DNA of 64,000 bases, from IMG/VR virus record IMGVR_UViG_3300037418_000253, one strand, 5' to 3'. Shown in pieces: positions 6,313-13,983 of the stretch (positions within the stretch are counted from its first letter, which is position 1; each line of letters starts with the position of its first letter). This stretch comes from an uncultured virus (IMG/VR IMGVR_UViG_3300037418_000253) (Duplodnaviria > Heunggongvirae > Uroviricota > Caudoviricetes). Position numbers and translations under genes: made by a program. Under the pieces are notes generated by a model. That model was given only the letters and a program-made list of their open reading frames with translations, had not been told where the DNA came from and did no database searches.

Positions 6313-6603
6313 CTAGAGCTTCCTGAGCGGGCCTCTGATGTTCTCTCGTAGCTTCGAGTACGTTATCCGCAGGGTCTCAACCGCTACCAGATTCAGAGGG
6401 ACGCTATGGCGCTTGGACCATTCCTGTTCAACGCGGCGTAGCAGCGCATCCCAGTCGTCGTGCATTATCAGCTCGGCGCAGGTATCGCAAGCAAACCAGT
6501 CATCCATGCTCCGACCGCCAATGAAGTCGAACGTCTGTGCTGGCAGGACCCATGACGGCCCAGTCTGGTAACAGAAGTCGCAGTGAAACGAGGTCGGGTC
6601 CAT
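6313..6603 (-). CDS. Zn-binding hypothetical protein (CDFC...CDTC)
   Basis: Two CxxC motifs; start uncertain (6603 or upstream). Confidence 0.65.
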   Translation of the reverse strand: MDPTSFHCDFCYQTGPSWVLPAQTFDFIGGRSMDDWFACDTCAELIMHDDWDALLRRVEQEWSKRHSVPLNLVAVETLRITYSKLRENIRGPLRKL

Positions 6604-6922
6604 GACGCCAATCACCCGCTCACCTCGTGGCTCACCGTGTAGGAGCCTAGAAACAGCCACCAGGGCGGAAGCTCTGGTGGCTCTAGCTTGACTTCCGGAC
6701 GCTCGCCCAGGAGGGCGTCAAATATTGGTGTGGGGGACATGGGTCAACGGTAGCACCCGCGTCTCGGGCTCGTCCGGTGAGGGTTGTCACGCCAACCCGC
6801 CGCGTCCCAGCATGTGGACGGGGTTGACAACCACAGTCTGAGCGGGTTGTCAACCACTGGTCTAGACTAGTCCCAACGGACTACCAGATGCCTATAGACT
6901 AGGCAGGGGACTTCATGATGGT

Positions 6923-7102
6923 ATGTACCACATGATGCGGAACACACGGTGCAATCGGGCTGGGTACCATCTATGGAGAGCTGTGCCGGGTGGCAAGCTC
7001 AAGGTGTGCCCTCGGTGCGGAGAGGCCAAGAGCCTACTCCGACCCCTGGCAGCACGGATACCGCGTCAGAGCGGGCCTGAGGGGATGCGGGGGCGTCCCT
7101 AA
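6923..7102 (+). CDS. 59-aa putative Zn-finger protein (C-x4-YH-x-W...CPRCG)
   Basis: Hand translation MYHMMRNTRCNRAGYHLWRAVPGGKLKVCPRCGE...; followed by a strong hairpin. Confidence 0.5.
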   Translation: MYHMMRNTRCNRAGYHLWRAVPGGKLKVCPRCGEAKSLLRPLAARIPRQSGPEGMRGRP

Positions 7103-7141
7103 GGGGGAACCAGGGGGGCACAGGGGAAAACGGGGGAACAG

Positions 7142-7186
7142 GAGAGGGTGTCTCTAGTCGCCAGCTAGAGACACCCTCTCTCTTTG
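7142..7186 (+). terminator. 16-bp perfect hairpin, probable terminator
   Basis: GAGAGGGTGTCTCTAG-N7-CTAGAGACACCCTCTC-TCTTT. Confidence 0.7.
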
Positions 7187-7257
7187 TAATGAGGACACCA
7201 CCCGCCTGAGGGTCCCCGACTCTCAGGGACGGGGGTTTGGCCTCAAGTCGGGTGGGC

Positions 7258-7494
7258 CTAGAGAGACCCTACCAGGTCCGTGAACGAGCCCCAGTAATCG
7301 TAGGTCTGCGTCTCACCCTGTGAGTCAACGTAGGTAATCTTGCACCGCGTAGACTCATAGTAGCACGTCTCACAGTAGCCGCTCTCGTAAGTGTAGTCCT
7401 CGAACTCCGTGACCTCTACTGCATCCAGATTATACTCTTCCCGCAGCATCTCTGCCAGGGAGTCGTACATCCTCTTCTTCCAACCCTCAGCCAT
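7258..7494 (-). CDS. hypothetical protein (GYCETC motif)
   Basis: ATG 7494 with SD AAGGAG. Confidence 0.75.
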   Translation of the reverse strand: MAEGWKKRMYDSLAEMLREEYNLDAVEVTEFEDYTYESGYCETCYYESTRCKITYVDSQGETQTYDYWGSFTDLVGSL

Positions 7495-7552
7495 GTCTGG
7501 CTCCTTTTGATGGGGACAATAAAGCTTGCCGGGCCGAAACCCGGCCGAGAAA

Positions 7553-7729
7553 TTACATCTCGACGTAGAAAGAGCCGACACGACCCTTGTCGAAACGAGC
7601 CTTCTCGAAGTGGACGTTGCCACGAGCCTTGAGCAGGAACATCTCCTGGTCATCGACAATCCGGTAATACTCTTCGTTCTGCTTCCGAACGAGATTTACA
7701 GCAACCTCAGGCTTACGCTCGCGCTCCAC
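7553..7729 (-). CDS. 58-aa hypothetical protein (MERERKPEVAVNLVRKQN...)
   Basis: Hand translation; GTG start with SD AAAGGGA; followed by a hairpin. Confidence 0.65.
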   Translation of the reverse strand: MERERKPEVAVNLVRKQNEEYYRIVDDQEMFLLKARGNVHFEKARFDKGRVGSFYVEM

Positions 7730-7794
7730 GGTATCCCTTTCACGATTTTGTCATAAGAACAGTCTCTAATATGCAGAGACTTTAGGCTATTATC

Positions 7795-8001
7795 TTATCG
7801 TTTGTTCGGCCACTTGGCCATCAGCCAGTCCTCAAGGGCCTTCTTGCTGGTGAAGTTGATAAGGTCCTTCCTCCCCAGCATCAGCGCATAATTCGACCGG
7901 CCAGACTTCTGAACCAGGCCACGGAACTTACCGTTCACAACCGCCGAAAATACATCCGGCTTATCGAGAGGCTTGAGGTCGAACTTCTTTACTCGGGCCA
8001 C
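7795..8001 (-). CDS. basic hypothetical protein (68 aa)
   Basis: GTG start with SD GAAGGA. Confidence 0.7.
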   Translation of the reverse strand: MARVKKFDLKPLDKPDVFSAVVNGKFRGLVQKSGRSNYALMLGRKDLINFTSKKALEDWLMAKWPNKR

Positions 8002-8016
8002 TGTGGTCCTTCCGAA

Positions 8017-8865
8017 TTAGATTACTTCTAGTAGAATTGCTTTTGCCATTTTTACCGGGATTGCGTTACCTACCTGCAAGAACTGAGCGTTCTTGCCTCC
8101 CTGCCAGGGGAAGTCTGGTGGAAAATCTTGGAGGACCCCGCCCTCCCACGACTCAATAATAACACTGTTTGGTGTGTTCTGTCGAGAGACGTTAGTTCTG
8201 TATCCCGGTGCGGCCACCACTTCCGGCCGGAAGCTACCAACAATAGTTGGGCTCGGCCTGTTGTGTGCCCAGTCTGGCAGGTCTTTTCGATGCGACAAGG
8301 CTTTTGCCATGCTAATCCATGGGAGGACTCCCGCATCTAGCTTCTCTGGCGACCATCGGTGGAACTGTGAGTGTGTTGGCTTCGGCCTATCTACCTGCTT
8401 ATGCAGAGAGGCAATTAGTACCGCGCGCTTTCTGGCCTGTGGAGTTCCGTACTGTTCGGCATTGAGTACACCAGTCCATACATGGAATCCTAGCTCACGC
8501 AGAACCGCAGCAATTTCTTCGAGGTACGGGAGCGCCTTCTTGACGTTCTCCATGACTACCTTCTCATAGCCCAGCTTAATCCAGTCCAACACCTTGATGG
8601 TCAGGGCCATCTTATCAAGGTCTTCTCCCTGCTTGTAGTTCGCCATCGAGAATGGCTGACAAGGTGAGGAGGCAATTAGAATATCTCCATGTAGGAACGG
8701 AGACTCTTTTGAGATGTCAAACAGCCGCGAGTCTTCAAAACCCGCCGCTTCCCTGGTGGCCAGGACCTTCTTGTTGAAGTCCAGCCCCATTTCCATAATT
8801 CCAAGTTCCTTGCACGCAAGCGACCAACCGCCCGCGCCACAGAACAAATCTGTTGCTAGTAGCAT
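8017..8865 (-). CDS. DNA (cytosine-5)-methyltransferase
   Basis: Motifs DLFCGAGG, SPCQPFS, ENV, QARKR, QVGNA. Confidence 0.92.
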   Translation of the reverse strand: MLLATDLFCGAGGWSLACKELGIMEMGLDFNKKVLATREAAGFEDSRLFDISKESPFLHGDILIASSPCQPFSMANYKQGEDLDKMALTIKVLDWIKLGYEKVVMENVKKALPYLEEIAAVLRELGFHVWTGVLNAEQYGTPQARKRAVLIASLHKQVDRPKPTHSQFHRWSPEKLDAGVLPWISMAKALSHRKDLPDWAHNRPSPTIVGSFRPEVVAAPGYRTNVSRQNTPNSVIIESWEGGVLQDFPPDFPWQGGKNAQFLQVGNAIPVKMAKAILLEVI

Positions 8866-9002
8866 TTTCCCATATTCTATTTTTATTTAGTTATGATACC
8901 TGTCCAGCGAGAGACCTTGCCCACCCTTGGGTAAGATTCGAACCTAGAGAAAGGTCTCCGCCCGGTATTCAGTTATTCTTCTGTTATTATTCAGTTGTGG
9001 CA

Positions 9003-9038
9003 ACAAAAAACCCCACACATCCTAGGACATCATGGGGT
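9003..9038 (-). terminator. intrinsic terminator after the tRNA block
   Basis: CCCCAT...GTGGGG followed by TTTTTTG on the minus strand. Confidence 0.7.
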
Positions 9039-9048
9039 AACTTGTCTG

Positions 9049-9121
9049 CGCACACGACGGGACTCGAACCCGCGACTTCTGCCTTGACAGGGCAGTGCTC
9101 TGACCACTGAACTACGTGTGC
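9049..9121 (-). tRNA. tRNA-Asp(GTC)
   Basis: CTGCC-CT GTC AA-GGCAG; G73. Confidence 0.95.
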
Positions 9122-9139
9122 ATGTATTTACTTGTTACG

Positions 9140-9226
9140 CGGAAGGTGGGGGAGTCGAACCCCCAAGGGGTTTCATCCCTCGCTTGTTTTCAAGACAAGT
9201 TCCGTCGCCAATCGGATTGACCTTCC
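9140..9226 (-). tRNA. tRNA-Ser(TGA)
   Basis: CTTGT-CT TGA AA-ACAAG; long variable arm; G73. Confidence 0.93.
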
Positions 9227-9230
9227 AAAG

Positions 9231-9305
9231 TTGGGGAGGTGGGATTTGAACCCACGACCGTTCCGTTATCAGCGGAATGCTCTAACCAGGCCGAGCTACA
9301 CCCCA
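9231..9305 (-). tRNA. tRNA-Ile(GAT)
   Basis: TTCCG-CT GAT AA-CGGAA. Confidence 0.93.
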
Positions 9306-9318
9306 TTGTAATCTTGCG

Positions 9319-9389
9319 CACCCCGACTAGGAGTCGAACCTAGGCTATTGGTTTTGGAGACCAATGTGCTTCCGTAACACTTCCGGGAT
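9319..9389 (-). tRNA. tRNA-Trp(CCA)
   Basis: TTGGT-CT CCA AA-ACCAA. Confidence 0.9.
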
Positions 9390-9402
9390 ATTGTAATACG
9401 AG

Positions 9403-9477
9403 CTGCCCACCCAAGATTCGAACTTGGAACCTCTCCGTCCAGAGCGGAGCGCAACTGCCAAATTGTGCTAGTGGGCA
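9403..9477 (-). tRNA. tRNA-Gln(CTG)
   Basis: CTCCG-CT CTG GA-CGGAG; U1:A72. Confidence 0.92.
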
Positions 9478-9520
9478 ATAGGGCCGAAGCCCGTGTGCTT
9501 ATAAATCTAATATAACCTAC

Positions 9521-9940
9521 TCAGCCTAGCTTGTCAAGCTCGGCCTGCACCTTCTCTAGTGCGGCTTGCAGCTCTGCCTTCCGCTCTGCCCTGGCCTTCT
9601 CCTCAGCACCTTGTCGATAAGGGAACTTGGAGTAATCCGGCTCCTCATAGAGTACCTTGCCAGGAACCTTCTGCGCAACCCCGTTCATCGAATAAACCCG
9701 CCACCTTTCGCCATCCTCACCAAGGCAAGTCAGAACGAACATAACGTTGGGCCAATCCTTTGAAACGCTGTTCAGGTCTTCCTCGTGGTCGTACCACTTG
9801 ACCTCGGAAAGACCATCGGTTATAACCTGCTCCAGAGACCTAGAGTAGCACAGCTCAATGTCGTAAGCCTTCTCCTTGAGCCGGTCGTAAATCGGACCCT
9901 TGCCCTGGAGTTCCAGCTCATAATCCGTGTAGTAGCCCAT
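9521..9940 (-). CDS. hypothetical protein (MGYYTDY...GEDGE.WR type)
   Basis: ORF track, start adjusted to the ATG at 9940. Confidence 0.75.
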   Translation of the reverse strand: MGYYTDYELELQGKGPIYDRLKEKAYDIELCYSRSLEQVITDGLSEVKWYDHEEDLNSVSKDWPNVMFVLTCLGEDGERWRVYSMNGVAQKVPGKVLYEEPDYSKFPYRQGAEEKARAERKAELQAALEKVQAELDKLG

Positions 9941-10004
9941 CTTACCATCCAATCGTTAGGAAGCTTGAGGGGTTTCGCAGACATTACGAAACCCCTCCAA
10001 AATC

Positions 10005-10568
10005 TCAGGAATTATTCCCGGTAATGATAACCTCTAGCGCTGACTTCCTCGGTACGTGACCAATGAAGCACATCCAGCAGTGGTCAATACCTGAGTGGCT
10101 GCATTCCTTGGGCGTCTTTTGGGTTGCCCGTGGAGCTGACCTGGGCTGTGGTCCTGAACCGCAATCCGGGCACAGCTCATCAATTAGAAGCAGCCGCCCG
10201 TTTTCACAGGTGTCACAACTATCTGGCCGAGGCGTCCTAATGACTCTTTGCTTAACCGGCCGCTCGGGAAGGGTTCCGTCCTCGTTTGGAACGATATCAC
10301 CCTTGGCCGAGTTACATGGCTTGTGCGCAAGCCTCAGGTTATCGATGTGGTTGATTTTATCAAAGCTCCAACCACGCTTCTTTCCTTCGGCCTGGGGGAA
10401 CCAGTGCTCGATGGTGATATCTGAATCGCTTGCGAACGGATTTCCGCACAGGAAACAGTCAGGACCCCATATCTCTCTTAGCCGAGCAATTGTCTCTTGC
10501 CGTGGAGGGGACTGACTCCTTCCTTGTTTACCTTCCCGTACAGACACGGGTATCACTCTCCCTGTCAT
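10005..10568 (-). CDS. HNH endonuclease with C-terminal Cys-rich domain
   Basis: CFLCG...TIEHWFP...NLRLAHKPCNSAKG; ORF-track start overlaps tRNA-Pro. Confidence 0.85.
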   Translation of the reverse strand: MTGRVIPVSVREGKQGRSQSPPRQETIARLREIWGPDCFLCGNPFASDSDITIEHWFPQAEGKKRGWSFDKINHIDNLRLAHKPCNSAKGDIVPNEDGTLPERPVKQRVIRTPRPDSCDTCENGRLLLIDELCPDCGSGPQPRSAPRATQKTPKECSHSGIDHCWMCFIGHVPRKSALEVIITGNNS

Positions 10569-10609
10569 GGTATATAAAAATAGGGAGCTACCGAAGTAGC
10601 TCCCTAAAG

Positions 10610-10683
10610 TCGGAGTGACAGGATTCGAACCTGCGACATCTTGCTCCCAAAGCAAGCGCTCTACCAAACTGAACTACACTCCG
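10610..10683 (-). tRNA. tRNA-Pro(TGG)
   Basis: CTTGC-TT TGG GA-GCAAG; C1:G72, A73. Confidence 0.95.
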
Positions 10684-10696
10684 AAGATTATGAAAG

Positions 10697-10769
10697 TCGG
10701 GTACCTGGGAATCGAACCCAGTTTTTCTTGTTCCCAAAACAAGCGGATTAGCCATCTTCCTCGTACCCG
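10697..10769 (-). tRNA. tRNA-Pro(TGG), second divergent copy
   Basis: CTTGT-TT TGG GA-ACAAG; atypical D arm. Confidence 0.88.
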
Positions 10770-10834
10770 AGGGAGCCGTTGTTGAGAGCGGCTCTAACTC
10801 TTTTATGTTAACACATTATTCCAGGCTGTGCAAC

Positions 10835-11096
10835 TCAGAGATACTGACCACCACTGGCAACGCTCAAATCGTTGCTCTGCCGAATCCCAGCCTTGGCGAG
10901 TACGTTCTCACGATACTCCTTAGCCTTCTCGGGGTCAAGGATAGTCATAGCACGAGACAGAGACATAAGCAGCGTAGCCGCCGCCTTGAACTCCTCCTCG
11001 CCATAAATACCAATCGAGTTGAAAGCCTCAGGCCAGGTCAACCATCTTATCGGTGGCGTTGCGAGCCAGCTCGAAACGCTCCTCAGCAGTGGACAT
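10835..11096 (-). pseudogene. hypothetical protein interrupted by a +1 frameshift at GCC-TGA (~11030)
   Basis: SD AAGGA + ATG 11096 gives MSTAEERFELARNATDKMVDLA*; the +1 frame continues EAFNSIGIYGEEEF... to the stop at 10835. Confidence 0.6.
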
Positions 11097-11106
11097 TTCT
11101 TTTTCC

Positions 11107-11814
11107 TTACGTAGTGCGTACAACAGGAATGCAAGCTTCTCCATTATCACGGAGCAATGCGTTTAGCTCCAAAACGGTGATGCGGCAATCGCCACCTAGA
11201 CCCCAGTCCCTACCCCAAGAATTCCTTAGGGTTACATATGACTTCTGAACGTCTACGTTGTCCATAGTAGCAGGTCCGTGACCGTTACGCCATACAATTC
11301 GAACAGCCCGCGCCAAAATAGCATGCCCACCAACGACACTGCCTGTTGGATGGATAAAGCCATCGGCGTCCGGGTGCCACATGCCCTCGTGCCAATTAAT
11401 TCCTAGCACAGCAGGACCCTTATATGCAAGGGAACGCACAAGGTCTTCGATGCCAAAAGCCCAGCGATACTCTCCGATGAGAGGCTTGCCGTGGCTTCCG
11501 ATTAGTTCCTGGCAAGCCTTGGCTCCAGCAAGAACACTGGTTCCATCATAACTTTCACCGGGGAACTCGTCAAGCTGCTTCGCTCGATGGTAAATATTGA
11601 GAGCTACTGTAGCATCCGCTGGATACTCGGCTGGCCTTGCGGACAGCTCATGAGACCAGGCAAACCCTACACAAGCACCTTCCTTGCCTTGGTCATTCCA
11701 AGCGTTACAACGCCAAGAGTACGACCTCAGTGGCTTATCTTCAATACCCTCTACGGCACGATATGCCTTGCTTCGCTCATCGAACTGGACAAGGCGATTT
11801 AGAACTCTAGTCAT
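11107..11814 (-). CDS. papain-like (C1) cysteine peptidase
   Basis: DQGxxGACVGF, GGHAI, RNSWG catalytic motifs. Confidence 0.88.
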   Translation of the reverse strand: MTRVLNRLVQFDERSKAYRAVEGIEDKPLRSYSWRCNAWNDQGKEGACVGFAWSHELSARPAEYPADATVALNIYHRAKQLDEFPGESYDGTSVLAGAKACQELIGSHGKPLIGEYRWAFGIEDLVRSLAYKGPAVLGINWHEGMWHPDADGFIHPTGSVVGGHAILARAVRIVWRNGHGPATMDNVDVQKSYVTLRNSWGRDWGLGGDCRITVLELNALLRDNGEACIPVVRTT

Positions 11815-12072
11815 TTATACCTCCTCCCCCAAGTATAGCAGGGAGTAGACATCGTGAATGAACTCCGAGTAATGCTTTCTCACCTTACCCGGCGGATTTC
11901 CACCATGCAACTGGTGCTGCTCCATCAGGGAGAGGAGATTCATGAGCGCATTCGGGCAGACCTCTACGGTCATGCCACCTTCCTCAACCCTGAACAGCTT
12001 GTGTGGAAGAGGGATGTGCTTGCCTACACACTCACATATTCCTTCATCCTTATTGATTAGGTTAATATTCAT
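11815..12072 (-). CDS. hypothetical protein (85 aa)
   Basis: ORF track; abuts the peptidase gene. Confidence 0.7.
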   Translation of the reverse strand: MNINLINKDEGICECVGKHIPLPHKLFRVEEGGMTVEVCPNALMNLLSLMEQHQLHGGNPPGKVRKHYSEFIHDVYSLLYLGEEV

Positions 12073-12101
12073 TCTTTGTTTATTCTTCTTTCTTAAAGAC
12101 T

Positions 12102-12130
12102 AGTTTAACGAGGAGCCGGGGGCTTGTCAA
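12102..12130 (-). promoter_or_regulatory. sigma70/HrdB-type promoter
   Basis: TTGACA-N17-TAAACT. Confidence 0.65.
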
Positions 12131-12139
12131 CCCCCTTAC

Positions 12140-13951
12140 TCAAAGAACCTTCAACCTGGTTAGGAAGTTCTCCAGCTCCGGAGGCATGCTCCTCTTTGGT
12201 GCCCTGATGACGTGGCTGTCCCTGGTTGGCTCCTCCTCAATCTTGTTGAGACGAATCTCCCTGTTGATTGATTCCAGCGTCTTGACCTCAATAGTTTCAT
12301 CCGTATTCCTTGGCGTATGTGCAATTGCATTATAGATTGCCCCACAAACCGCGTCGGAAAGGTCCTTTGAACCCTTACGAGGGTGGTCAACCCTATCGTT
12401 CTTCATAATGCGAAGCTGCAAAAGCTCCTCAATCAGAAGTTCAATCTGTGGGCCAGTCACTCGCTCCTCGGCAATAACCATTGCGAAGTCCTCGTAGTGC
12501 TTCTTTGCTACGGACAGTCGCTCGGCCTTCATGCCACGCTCGTTGAGGTACTGCATGGTGTCAGCAGACTCCCAGCGGTCAAATGTAACGAGACGAACAT
12601 TGAACCCGCGCCTCTTGAGGCTCAGGATATATTCGCGAATCTCAGTAAAGTCTACGTTCTTCGTCTTGGATGGCGTCCAGTAGCGAACCTGGTCAACCAC
12701 AACCACCGGGGCGGGCTCGGTCAGCTTGCCACCAATATTACGCTGCTCCCACTTTTCAACATGAGCCAGCGCCACGGCTGCATGGTCGTGGACACGAGCA
12801 AGGTCTACGTGGACGTAATAACGCTTCTCCGGGTCTGGTTTAAACGACTCGCGGAAACTGTTGTCCTCATTTAGCGAGGACTGTGCGCAAAAAGCCTTCT
12901 CAATCTTCGCGCGGTCCTTGAAGAAGGCGTCGATGGCGTCGGGAGGCATGCACGCGAAACGGGACAGCGAGTCAATCGGGTCGTCGTAGAACGCAGCCAT
13001 CAGGTCATCAAGCTTGATGAGCGGGTTGATTTCCCAGGTTGGTCGCTTGAGCGCGAAGATTTTAGGAATTCGATACGAGATAATGTGGTCCTCTTCCCAC
13101 TCAATATCGAATTCATTTCCCTCGGTGCCGTCTGGCAGGTCGGGAACAACCTTGAAGGTGTGCTTTCGAATGAGCACTTCCTTCTCAGCAATAACATCAG
13201 CGTAACGCTGCTGAATAAAGTCGTTCTTGAATCGGGGGAAGGACAGCAGAACGACCTTGCCGAATTCTGGGAATCGAGAGGTAACCGACTGCTTATACAT
13301 CTTATAGACGGCAGTAGCTGTCTTGGCCTGCTCATTACCCGAGGTGGACTCAAGAGCGAAACCGGAAATCTCGTCAAGGATTACGAAGATAACGTTGTAA
13401 CCCTCCCAAGCTTCACGCTCGGAGTGTCCCGAGTAAACGAAGACGTTCTTGTCGAACTGGAACTCGCCAGCCTTCTCGGTGTACTTACCCACGAACCACG
13501 GGCTGGAAGTAATACGCTGCTTGAAATACTTGAAGAAGACGTTCTGCGCCTGCGCAGCGTTAATAGCGATGTTCAGAATTGCGATGTGGTCGCCAGGAGG
13601 CTTGCCGTAATACTTGGCTGGGTCCTTTAGGCACAGCAACAGGTACACGATGTACGCACAGGCAATGGACGACGTGTAGCCCTTGCCCGAACCCTTGCCA
13701 AGCTGGAAAATGACCTCGTTCATCGTCTCGGCAAACCTGCGGTCAGCCTCTTCCTCGCCATACAAAGAGACCAGTGTGGACCTCTTGTAAATTTGGCTGG
13801 ACGCCTTGATTAGCGTGTACTGATTGTCGGACAGCGCGGGTAGCCCCATATAGTCTTCCGACTGTACAAACTCCTCAATCGAAACTGGCCTTTCGTCAAA
13901 GTCCTCACCGTCAAGCAGATTGAGAATGTCGTTAAAATCGAAATTGGACAT
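12140..13951 (-). CDS. terL: terminase large subunit
   Basis: Walker A GKGSGK, Walker B ILDE, nuclease motifs HVDLA and KDLSDA. Confidence 0.88.
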   Translation of the reverse strand: MSNFDFNDILNLLDGEDFDERPVSIEEFVQSEDYMGLPALSDNQYTLIKASSQIYKRSTLVSLYGEEEADRRFAETMNEVIFQLGKGSGKGYTSSIACAYIVYLLLCLKDPAKYYGKPPGDHIAILNIAINAAQAQNVFFKYFKQRITSSPWFVGKYTEKAGEFQFDKNVFVYSGHSEREAWEGYNVIFVILDEISGFALESTSGNEQAKTATAVYKMYKQSVTSRFPEFGKVVLLSFPRFKNDFIQQRYADVIAEKEVLIRKHTFKVVPDLPDGTEGNEFDIEWEEDHIISYRIPKIFALKRPTWEINPLIKLDDLMAAFYDDPIDSLSRFACMPPDAIDAFFKDRAKIEKAFCAQSSLNEDNSFRESFKPDPEKRYYVHVDLARVHDHAAVALAHVEKWEQRNIGGKLTEPAPVVVVDQVRYWTPSKTKNVDFTEIREYILSLKRRGFNVRLVTFDRWESADTMQYLNERGMKAERLSVAKKHYEDFAMVIAEERVTGPQIELLIEELLQLRIMKNDRVDHPRKGSKDLSDAVCGAIYNAIAHTPRNTDETIEVKTLESINREIRLNKIEEEPTRDSHVIRAPKRSMPPELENFLTRLKVL

Positions 13952-13983
13952 GACAAATGGCCGTCATCCCGAAGGATGACGGC

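Noticed and set aside
5890..7250. Integrase/attP or a definite genome terminus
   Set aside because: No integrase is present, and termini cannot be determined without reads or the rest of the genome.
9296..9478. 60-aa ORF
   Set aside because: Spans tRNA-Gln and tRNA-Trp; spurious.
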